Positions 8,753-15,766 of a stretch of DNA of 52,332 nucleotides are shown piece after piece. Numbering within the stretch: position 1 is the first letter of the stretch; each line of letters starts with the position of its first letter. The DNA lies in the IMG/VR virus record IMGVR_UViG_3300023103_000007, positions 1-52,332 of that record, one strand, 5' to 3'. Under the pieces are notes generated by a model. It made no database searches and had not been told where the DNA came from. It saw nothing but the letters and a program-made list of their open reading frames with translations. The translations under genes were made by a program, and so were the position numbers. Origin of the DNA: a virus. Lineage: Duplodnaviria; Caudoviricetes.

Positions 8753-9050
8753 GGTCCCACCAGGCAGGGGCGGATAAGTCTGCACAGAGACTAAATCCGA
8801 AGGTGTCTGGACCACATGCTCCGTGGTACATCAGGTGTCGACTGCTTCTGTGAGCTGTCTGTGACCTGACGGAGTGGTCCTTGGTATGACCATAAACTGC
8901 CCTGAGTTTCACCAGGTTGGCCGAGTGAGTTACGAGAAATGATCTGAAGCCCGCACAGATCACGTATCTCCTGGTTGTAGCCCTGACAGACGGCGAGATA
9001 GTCTGCCATTACAAGCCCCAGCCCAACTCGGAAGAGAAGCTGGGGCTTTA
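8753..9050 (+). ncRNA. Candidate multi-stem structured ncRNA downstream of the tRNAs
   Basis: Several nested helices (see findings); no credible ORF; ends in a terminator-like hairpin. Confidence 0.5.
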
Positions 9051-9056
9051 CTTCTT
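9013..9056 (+). terminator. Rho-independent terminator-like hairpin
   Basis: AAGCCCCAGC-N16-GCTGGGGCTT followed by TACTTCTT. Confidence 0.6.
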
Positions 9057-9074
9057 ATCCATTTGGGGTATACT
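9047..9074 (+). promoter_or_regulatory. Phage promoter (TTTAC family) for a small RNA
   Basis: TTTACT-N16-TATACT. Confidence 0.55.
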
Positions 9075-9080
9075 GTGTGA

Positions 9081-9205
9081 GAGGTCTGGGGCTACTCTGT
9101 CTGTGCGGACCTCGCAAAAATGCAAGTGACAGGGCGCAGATGTAGTCCTGTGAGAAAAATACTACTGAGCCCCTCTCATCCTCGCCGATGTAGAGGGGCT
9201 TGTCA
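9081..9205 (+). ncRNA. Candidate ~120-nt pseudoknotted sRNA or attenuator
   Basis: Lies between a promoter and a terminator, with no ORF; crossing helices 9081-87/9107-13 and 9088-9104/9129-49. Confidence 0.5.
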
Positions 9206-9210
9206 TTTCT
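9168..9210 (+). terminator. Rho-independent terminator-like hairpin
   Basis: AGCCCCTCT-CATC-ctcgcc-GATG-t-AGAGGGGCT followed by TGTCATTTCT. Confidence 0.6.
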
Positions 9211-9228
9211 GTAGATACGAGCTATAAT
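9200..9228 (+). promoter_or_regulatory. Near-consensus sigma70 promoter of the DNA-modification operon
   Basis: TTGTCA-N17-TATAAT, then AGGAGG RBS before ATG 9252. Confidence 0.75.
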
Positions 9229-9251
9229 CCTGATAGATTCAGGAGGACGAT

Positions 9252-10238
9252 ATGGAGATGCACGAGGATGTCTGGCAGAGAGGTGTGGAGAGGTTCTTTG
9301 CCTACGCAAGGGAGAGACATAGTATATACCTGAGAAGACAGCGTGGTGTTCCCAGGAGTGACTGGACCAGTGATCCCATACTCCAGAAGTACAGGTTCAC
9401 CAATGTATTCAGGGAGATAGACGCCACAACTGTGTGGTTCAGGGAGAACGTCAGGAAACACCTGAGCTCCTCCCCCGATGTACTTCTCGCCACTGTTCTT
9501 TTCAGGTGGTTCAATCGCATCAGGACGGGAGAGGCAATATTCTCCCAGACAAGATTAGACACTGAGACACCAGGAGCTACTGCCTGGGATGAGTTAGTAG
9601 GGTCATCCAGCACTGAGGTTGTGAGGTCATCTGTTCTGCAGTACTGCGGGGGAGGACCATACGTCACTGGTGCATACATCATAAAGACTCCTGACGGACT
9701 GGACAAGCTGAGTGGTGTACTCAGGTGTGTTGAGTGGTTCATGACACAGTCCCAGAAGGTCGGGGAGGGTAGGTTTGGTGATGCACTACTGGATCAGGGG
9801 GAGATGAGTCGCATGTTGTCTCGTGAGCCCGGCAGACACTCTCTTGAGTTTGTCTGGGACTGGCTGAGGAGATTCCCATATATGGGTGACTTCATGGCCT
9901 ATGAGGTTGTCACTGACCTGAGGCACACTGACCTGCTGTACGATGCTCCTGACATAATGACCTGGGCCAATCCGGGACCAGGAGCTACGCGAGGGGCAGG
10001 ACGTGTCGTGTCTGGTTATCATGAGGTGTTCAGGAAGTCCAGCAGAGACAGGCAGGAGGTCATGTCTGTAATGAGCAAGCTGCTGAGTCTCAGCAGGAAG
10101 CCTGAGTACTGGCCTCAGGAGGACAGGGAAAGCTGGTCTGTGTGGGAGATGAGGGACGTGGAGCACACACTCTGTGAGTTCGACAAGTATGAGCGTGTAC
10201 GTCTCGGGCAGGGAAGACCAAGAGGGGTGTACAGATGA
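9252..10238 (+). CDS. 5-hmdU DNA kinase (aGPT-Pplase1 / HMUDK family)
   Basis: ERHSIYLRR...WTSDPILQKYRFTNVFRE.D, FRWFN, GDFMAYEVVTDL, NPGPGA.RG, EHTLCEFDKY. Confidence 0.85.
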   Translation: MEMHEDVWQRGVERFFAYARERHSIYLRRQRGVPRSDWTSDPILQKYRFTNVFREIDATTVWFRENVRKHLSSSPDVLLATVLFRWFNRIRTGEAIFSQTRLDTETPGATAWDELVGSSSTEVVRSSVLQYCGGGPYVTGAYIIKTPDGLDKLSGVLRCVEWFMTQSQKVGEGRFGDALLDQGEMSRMLSREPGRHSLEFVWDWLRRFPYMGDFMAYEVVTDLRHTDLLYDAPDIMTWANPGPGATRGAGRVVSGYHEVFRKSSRDRQEVMSVMSKLLSLSRKPEYWPQEDRESWSVWEMRDVEHTLCEFDKYERVRLGQGRPRGVYR

Positions 10239-10744
10239 GTGTACTGTCAGGAACTGAGATATTCAAGTCCAGAGCAGTAGACCCCATGCACGGCAGGTCA
10301 GTGGTGAGTGGGATGAGTTATGGCCTCTCCTACTGTGGGTACGACATCAGGGTCGATCAGGACATAGACCTTGGTCCTGGTGAGTTCAGACTGGCCAGCA
10401 GTGTGGAGAGGTTCACCATGCCAACTGACCTGGTTGGTGTTGTTCATGACAAGAGCACATGGGCGAGAAGGGGTCTCTCAGTTCAGAATACTGTGATTGA
10501 GCCTGGGTGGGTGGGATACCTCACGCTCGAGCTGTCAAACAATCACCCATCATGGATGAGGATGATGCCGGTCTGGATCTCCAGGAGACTGTTCCCCAGC
10601 AGGTGGGTGCACCTGAGGAGGGGAGATCCTATAGCTCAGGTCCTGTTCCACAGGATAGAGAGACCAGTGAAGTGTGGATACACAGGAAAGTACCAGTTCC
10701 AGGAGAGGGGACCAGTTGAGGCCAGACAGGAGATCGCACCTTGA
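10235..10744 (+). CDS. dcd: dCTP deaminase
   Basis: SYGLS..GYDIR, KSTWARRGL, IEPGW.GYLTLE, IAQVLF, YTGKYQ. Confidence 0.88.
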   Translation: MSVLSGTEIFKSRAVDPMHGRSVVSGMSYGLSYCGYDIRVDQDIDLGPGEFRLASSVERFTMPTDLVGVVHDKSTWARRGLSVQNTVIEPGWVGYLTLELSNNHPSWMRMMPVWISRRLFPSRWVHLRRGDPIAQVLFHRIERPVKCGYTGKYQFQERGPVEARQEIAP

Positions 10745-11181
10745 GGACTGTACTTCTCGGTATGAACAACCCACAGGGCAGGGAGGCTCTCCTCCCCGAT
10801 CCCCCAGGATGTACTGGTCACCGCATCTGGAGGATGATTCATGAGAGAACTGGGTGCAGTCAGCAGGAGTACATGGACGCTTTTGACAGGAGGAATGTCC
10901 TTGAGGGCAGCACTGTCTGGGACATATCCAGAGCCTGTGCTGTTGCTCAGTATGTGTGGCTCTCGCTGAGCGGGAGGAGAGTGGTCATTCTGGGTCAGGA
11001 GGTGAGGCGCGTGATGCGTCTGCCTGCTGTTAGGAGTCTCCGCTGGAGTGTGAGTGATGGTGTTGAGTGGTGCGTGATACCTCACCCATCAGGACTGAAC
11101 AGGTGGTACAACAGCAGGGTATGTCGTGGTGCAGTTGCACTCAGGTTGGAGCAACTTTACTTATCTGCAGTATCGAGCTAG
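10741..11181 (+). CDS. Uracil-DNA glycosylase-superfamily protein
   Basis: LLGMNNP motif A-like, VVILG..V and PHPSGLNRWYN motif B-like. Confidence 0.6.
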   Translation: MRTVLLGMNNPQGREALLPDPPGCTGHRIWRMIHERTGCSQQEYMDAFDRRNVLEGSTVWDISRACAVAQYVWLSLSGRRVVILGQEVRRVMRLPAVRSLRWSVSDGVEWCVIPHPSGLNRWYNSRVCRGAVALRLEQLYLSAVSS

Positions 11182-11192
11182 TGTATGTCATG

Positions 11193-11228
11193 CAGGATCT
11201 CCTGCTGCGAGTTACTCAGGAGATCCTG
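11193..11228. repeat. Perfect 12-bp inverted repeat in the intergenic region
   Basis: CAGGATCTCCTG-N12-CAGGAGATCCTG. Confidence 0.8.
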
Positions 11229-11297
11229 AGCACTGTGACTCCCATGGCTGGGCTGAGTCAAGTGATCGTCTAAGTGTCCGGCCACTAGGAGAATACT

Positions 11298-12104
11298 GTG
11301 CACATATACATACCGTCAAGAGGTAGGGCTGACCTCATCAGTCGTAGGATCCTGTCCCAGATGAGCCCATCTGCTCTCACCAGGACTACTGTGGTCACTC
11401 ATCCAAGTGAGCTACAGGAGTACACCGACAAGTTGTCTGATAGAGTCACTGTGAGCTGCGTCACTTATGACAATATTGCACAGAAGAGACACCAGATTGG
11501 CATTCTTGCTCAGAGTAGTGGTCATGACAAGTTCGTCATGGTGGATGATGATGTCCAGATCCTCGTCAGGGAGTCAGAGGTAGACTGGCGCCTGGTTGCT
11601 GCTACTCCTGAGCAGGTTGACACTATGTTGGAGATAGTTGAGTCTCAGCTCGACACCTATGTGTCTGTGGCTCTCTCCGGTCGTGAGGGGAACAACAGAT
11701 GTGGTGAGGGTCGCTGGAGTGCACCTAATATGCAGAATGTCTGTGCTCGAGCCATGCGCTTCACTGCCTACAGGACTGGGGACTTCCTGTCTGTTGAGCA
11801 TAATCGTGTTCCAGTGATGGAGGACATGGACGTAACTCTTCAGCTGCTCCGCTCAGGCAGGAAGAATATTGTCCTCAGCTACTGGGCGACTGGGCAGAGA
11901 CAGACGAATGAGGCAGGTGGTTGCAGCTTGTGGAGGACTCGTGAGCTTCATAATGCAGCAGCTGAGAGGTTGGCAGAGCTTCACCCCCAGTTCGTCAAGA
12001 CTAGACAGAAGGTCAACAAGACAGACACTGCTGGTCTTGGAACCAGGACAGAGGTAACTGTGCGATGGAAGGATGCCTACTTGTCGTCAGGAGGAGATCT
12101 ATGA
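11298..12104 (+). CDS. GT-A glycosyltransferase, TET/JBP-associated (TAGT/GREB1-like) type
   Basis: IYIPSRGR, NIAQKRH.I, MVDDD (DxD), EDMDVTLQLL..G, GGCS. Confidence 0.75.
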   Translation: MHIYIPSRGRADLISRRILSQMSPSALTRTTVVTHPSELQEYTDKLSDRVTVSCVTYDNIAQKRHQIGILAQSSGHDKFVMVDDDVQILVRESEVDWRLVAATPEQVDTMLEIVESQLDTYVSVALSGREGNNRCGEGRWSAPNMQNVCARAMRFTAYRTGDFLSVEHNRVPVMEDMDVTLQLLRSGRKNIVLSYWATGQRQTNEAGGCSLWRTRELHNAAAERLAELHPQFVKTRQKVNKTDTAGLGTRTEVTVRWKDAYLSSGGDL

Positions 12105-12418
12105 GGAATAGTGTGTACAGACACTCATGCTGCGACTGCTCCGTGGAGAGTGGATACGGTGTGCTGGACAAGTCCGTGGGAGACCACACCCTGATGATTG
12201 CTGGTGTAATCACCAAGTCTATATCAGAGTCTGAGAGTATTGAGAAGTTATCCTGTGGGGCAGTGAGAGTCACGGCTGTGATACTGTCTGCATATCAGCT
12301 AGCAATGACTATTGGTATGTCAGCAGAGGAGCTTGATGAGTGTGCTGAGATTGCACTCCGCATCCACAGAGACACATCGGAGGTCTTCAGGAGGAAGAGA
12401 GAGGGTGAGGTTAACTGA
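12101..12418 (+). CDS. Hypothetical protein in the modification cluster
   Basis: ATGA overlap with the GT gene and TGATG overlap with the TS-like gene; GGAGGAG RBS. Confidence 0.6.
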   Translation: MRNSVYRHSCCDCSVESGYGVLDKSVGDHTLMIAGVITKSISESESIEKLSCGAVRVTAVILSAYQLAMTIGMSAEELDECAEIALRIHRDTSEVFRRKREGEVN

Positions 12419-13398
12419 TGATTGTACTTCAGGCAAGAAATGTTCGTGATGCATACTACACCATGAGTGACCTCGTCAGGTATCATGGTATAAGAGAGAC
12501 AGTGAGGGGAGGCAAGACTGTCCTGTCTCTTCCTGAGCCCCTCATCACTGTGTATGAGAGACCACAGGAGAGGGTGCTCATTACTCCTAAGAGACGAGCA
12601 AACCCCTTCTTCCACCTGTTTGAGTCCCTGTGGATGCTGAGCGGATCCAGGGACGCGAGGTGGCTGGACCAGTTTGTTCATGACTTCTCCTCCAGGTTTG
12701 CCGAGGATGACGGTCTGCAGCATGGTGCCTATGGTTACAGGTGGCGCTGTCACTTCGACATGGATGGTGGCGACACCCAGCCTCTTGACCAGCTGGATGA
12801 GGTTGTTCATCTGCTCAGGCAGGACAGAGGTGATCGTAGGATTGTCATCAGTATGTGGGATCCTGTCGCTGACCTTGGTCGCAGCTTCAGGGATGTTCCC
12901 TGCAACACTCACTGCTACCTGAGGATAGTTGATGGTCATCTCTGCCTCACAGTGTGCTGTCGCTCGAACGATATGGTCTGGGGTGCATATGGGGCGAATG
13001 CCGTTCACTTCTCTGTCCTTCAGGAGTATCTTGCTGGGCGCATAGGTGTGTGTGTGGGTAAGATGTATCAGCTGAGTAACAACTTCCACGTCTACGAGGA
13101 TATCCTTGGTCGTCTGGAGACGCAGTATGCTCCCCATGACGGAGGTTACTACGGTGTCTCTCCAACTCCAATGGGTGAGGACTGGAGTAGCTGGGACAGT
13201 GATGTTGCTGCCTTTGTTGCTGGTGCAGGGAGAGAGTATGCTAACTCCTGGTTCCACCGTGTTGCTGACCCCATGATGCGTGTACACAGAGCACTCAAGT
13301 CCGGCGATAGGGTGGGAGCACTGGCTCTCTGTGAGCACATAGATGCTCCGGACTGGAGAATAGCCTGCACAGAGTTCCTGACGAGAGGAGAGAAGTGA
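12418..13398 (+). CDS. Thymidylate synthase-family dUMP hydroxymethylase
   Basis: ANPFFHLFESLWML, GAYGYRWR, DVPCN (catalytic Cys), RSNDMVWGAYGAN (Asn favours dUMP), NNFHVY. Confidence 0.85.
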   Translation: MIVLQARNVRDAYYTMSDLVRYHGIRETVRGGKTVLSLPEPLITVYERPQERVLITPKRRANPFFHLFESLWMLSGSRDARWLDQFVHDFSSRFAEDDGLQHGAYGYRWRCHFDMDGGDTQPLDQLDEVVHLLRQDRGDRRIVISMWDPVADLGRSFRDVPCNTHCYLRIVDGHLCLTVCCRSNDMVWGAYGANAVHFSVLQEYLAGRIGVCVGKMYQLSNNFHVYEDILGRLETQYAPHDGGYYGVSPTPMGEDWSSWDSDVAAFVAGAGREYANSWFHRVADPMMRVHRALKSGDRVGALALCEHIDAPDWRIACTEFLTRGEK

Positions 13399-13949
13399 TG
13401 GGAGTACTGGACAGTGACAGGGAGAGTGTCACCTACTCTCTTCGGGGAGCGGGGGAGGTGCAGAGGTACCACACCTGGCCAACTATCAGGCGGCAGAGTG
13501 TTGGTGAGCACACCTGGCAGGTGATGAGGATATGGCTCCAGGTGTTTGGTCCCATGTCTCCTGAGGTGAGTACTGCCATACTTCTTCATGATGCTGGGGA
13601 GAGGGTGACAGGTGACATGCCATTCCCATTCAAGAGAGAGGTTCCTGGTCTCAAGGAGATCATGGATGCTGCAGAGGTTGCTGCTCTGCAGAGGATGCTC
13701 GGTGACAGGTGGGAGGACATCTCTGTCCTCACCGACTATGAGAGGATGCAGCTCAAGATCTGCGACCTGATAGAGATGGCTGAGTTCGGAAGCACAGAGG
13801 TCATGATGGGTAACAGGTATGCAGAGACTATTGTTGACTGCACCCTACAGTCAGCTCTGGAAATATGCAGCTCCCTCCCCGATCACCTGTCCTCCTCTGT
13901 CATGTCGTATCTTGATAGTGTCTCTGGTATTATTGTGGAGAACATCTAG
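13395..13949 (+). CDS. HD-domain (YfbR-like) deoxynucleotide phosphohydrolase
   Basis: VQRYH, QSVGEH, LLHDAGE..TGD.P, LKICD. Confidence 0.85.
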   Translation: MMGVLDSDRESVTYSLRGAGEVQRYHTWPTIRRQSVGEHTWQVMRIWLQVFGPMSPEVSTAILLHDAGERVTGDMPFPFKREVPGLKEIMDAAEVAALQRMLGDRWEDISVLTDYERMQLKICDLIEMAEFGSTEVMMGNRYAETIVDCTLQSALEICSSLPDHLSSSVMSYLDSVSGIIVENI

Positions 13950-14077
13950 TGTGGGCTATACTCATATCTAACGCGACGGAGTTACTGACTGGTCTCGCAT
14001 GGACGGGGCTTGTTGCATACTTCTCGTACAAGTTTGGCGTGTGGCGCGGTGTCCGCTCCACTCGTCGCATACCGTGA
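13949..14077 (+). CDS. 42-aa membrane peptide
   Basis: Not in the ORF track: MWAILISNATELLTGLAWTGLVAYFSYKFGVWRGVRSTRRIP; GTG start with GGAG upstream. Confidence 0.45.
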   Translation: MWAILISNATELLTGLAWTGLVAYFSYKFGVWRGVRSTRRIP

Positions 14078-14111
14078 CTGGAGGGACCAGTCCTACTAGA
14101 GGAGAGCAGAG

Positions 14112-14561
14112 ATGTTCGGAATGTTCAAGCGCGTCGCAAGTGGTGCAGCACGTGAGGTAAAGGCAGAGTATGGTAGTAGTCGTGAGTTTCTCGAGGGTGC
14201 TGTTGCTGCTGGTGTCCTGATGGGCTACGCAGATGGCTCACTGGATGAGAAAGAGAAGGACAAGATGATCAAGACGATCGTCAACAATCCAACCCTCTCC
14301 AAGGTCTATGACCGCAGTGCTATTGAGGCTCAGCTCGACACGATGCTGAAGAGGGGTCAGGATCGCTCCGGTCGCGCCTCTCTTGCTCGTGAGCTTCAGG
14401 ACCTGAAGAAGTTACCGAACGGTCAGCAGATGTGTGACGATGTCTACCTCATTGCTGAGGATGTCGCTCACGCAGATGGTGATGTCGGGGAGCAGGAGAA
14501 GGTTCTGCTGAAGCGCATCGCTGATGATCTTGGTGTCGATGCCACCAAGTTCGGCTACTGA
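14112..14561 (+). CDS. terB: TerB-family protein
   Basis: Duplicated ADG...EK motifs (YADGSLDEKEK; HADGDVGEQEK...IADDLG). Confidence 0.8.
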   Translation: MFGMFKRVASGAAREVKAEYGSSREFLEGAVAAGVLMGYADGSLDEKEKDKMIKTIVNNPTLSKVYDRSAIEAQLDTMLKRGQDRSGRASLARELQDLKKLPNGQQMCDDVYLIAEDVAHADGDVGEQEKVLLKRIADDLGVDATKFGY

Positions 14562-14578
14562 GCCAGGGGAGGAGTGTC

Positions 14579-14752
14579 ATGAGTAGCTGGCTACCTCAGG
14601 TCATATACCTGATCATAGTAGTCGCTGGTGGGCTGAAGCACTACCAGAGTGACGGAGAGAGGATGAGTAGTGAGTATAACTTCAGGACATTCCTCCTGTT
14701 TCACTGTGTGATAGTCCTGCTCCTCAACTGGGGTGGGTTCTTTGGAGAGTAA
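14579..14752 (+). CDS. 57-aa two-TM phage membrane protein
   Basis: Not in the ORF track: MSSWLPQVIYLIIVV...YNF...LLLNWGGFFGE; GGAGGAG RBS. Confidence 0.65.
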   Translation: MSSWLPQVIYLIIVVAGGLKHYQSDGERMSSEYNFRTFLLFHCVIVLLLNWGGFFGE

Positions 14753-14753
14753 G

Positions 14754-15119
14754 ATGAGCAATAGAGACATAGTTGGGATAAGCAGGGATCGTCTTCGTCA
14801 CCTGCTTGAGGATGAGGCGACACTCGCTGCCCTTGAGGCTGGTGGTGTTGACAACTGGGAGTTCTATGGTGACTCTCTTGAAGATCACCTAAGCACTGAC
14901 GACAGCGGAGACACGATCACTGAGATAGATGACTTCGACAGTGCCGTGACCAGGGACGATGTTCATCTCTTCATGAGGGAGAGGGGTCTCTGCACCCCCT
15001 CCTGTGAGGAGTCAGTCCACCAGATGGACTGCTATCAGGAGGTATCCACTGAGTTCATGGAGTTCGTGATGAGTCGTCTTGGAGCATACGTGAGTAGTGA
15101 GGAGACAGAAGATGAGTGA
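14754..15119 (+). CDS. Hypothetical protein
   Basis: LAALEAGGVDNWEFY motif, common in small phage proteins. Confidence 0.65.
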   Translation: MSNRDIVGISRDRLRHLLEDEATLAALEAGGVDNWEFYGDSLEDHLSTDDSGDTITEIDDFDSAVTRDDVHLFMRERGLCTPSCEESVHQMDCYQEVSTEFMEFVMSRLGAYVSSEETEDE

Positions 15120-15696
15120 TGTTGGGAGAATACTTGACGAGAGGCAGGCAACTCACGGAGACTATGGTGAGCATGCTGACTGCACACAGAGAACATCTAC
15201 TCTGTGGCAGAGCTACAGGAACTGGACTCAACTGTCTGTTGAGCAGCGTGAGACACTTCACATGATTGCTCACAAGGTCGGGAGGATCCTTACTGGTAAT
15301 CCTGACTATCCTGACCACTGGGATGACATATCAGGATACTCAACTCTGGTTAGTCGTCGTCTTCGTGAGACATTCATGGGAACTCACCAGGATGCTCTCA
15401 CCTATGCTCTCAGCCTCAGTGACATCACCCAGATGGCAGAGTTCCTCAGGATCTGGGAGAGTGGTAGTGTTGACATGCAGGAGTGGCCAGGATATGCATC
15501 CTACATCAGGACAGGAAGACTCGGGGAGCATCCAGATCAGCAGTCCTCAGCACAGACTGAGGTCGACCGACTCATCAGTGAGATGCACATCACCAGACCA
15601 GGAACACCAGAGGACGGAGGACACCACGATCCCGAGACCCCAGTCCCAGAGTTCCTACGAGGCTCTCCTGAGGACTCACAACAGAGTCAGGCGTGA
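15112..15696 (+). CDS. DUF6378-like protein (often near nucleotide-metabolism genes)
   Basis: ILDERQATHGDY...LHMIAHKVGRILTGNPDYPDHWDDISGY. Confidence 0.7.
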   Translation: MSDVGRILDERQATHGDYGEHADCTQRTSTLWQSYRNWTQLSVEQRETLHMIAHKVGRILTGNPDYPDHWDDISGYSTLVSRRLRETFMGTHQDALTYALSLSDITQMAEFLRIWESGSVDMQEWPGYASYIRTGRLGEHPDQQSSAQTEVDRLISEMHITRPGTPEDGGHHDPETPVPEFLRGSPEDSQQSQA

Positions 15697-15722
15697 TCCT
15701 GACTGGTCAGACTGAGTAGTAC

Positions 15723-15745
15723 TGAGCCTCCCAGTGGGAGGCTCA
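15723..15745. other. Hairpin upstream of the DNA polymerase RBS
   Basis: TGAGCCTCCC-AGT-GGGAGGCTCA. Confidence 0.55.
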
Positions 15746-15766
15746 TCACACATATGGAGATGACTC

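Noticed and set aside
8591-9200. HDV-like (theta) or twister ribozyme next to the tRNAs
   Set aside because: CCTCGC occurs at 9110 and 9180, but I could not build P1/P3/P1.1 in the required order, and no twister core was found. An Infernal search would settle it.
12295-13338. 347-aa antisense ORF (and similar long shadow ORFs at 3250-3924, 15980-16708 and 41245-41949)
   Set aside because: They lie opposite well-supported genes and have no motifs; the biased composition makes antisense stop codons scarce.
12418-13398. Ordinary thymidylate synthase or dCMP hydroxymethylase
   Set aside because: Asn at the specificity position argues against dCMP; the divergent motifs and linkage to HMUDK favour a dUMP hydroxymethylase.
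13952-13965. Promoter (GGGCTATACTCA, identical to the 7783 site)
   Set aside because: There is no matching -35, and it lies in a plausible 42-aa ORF.
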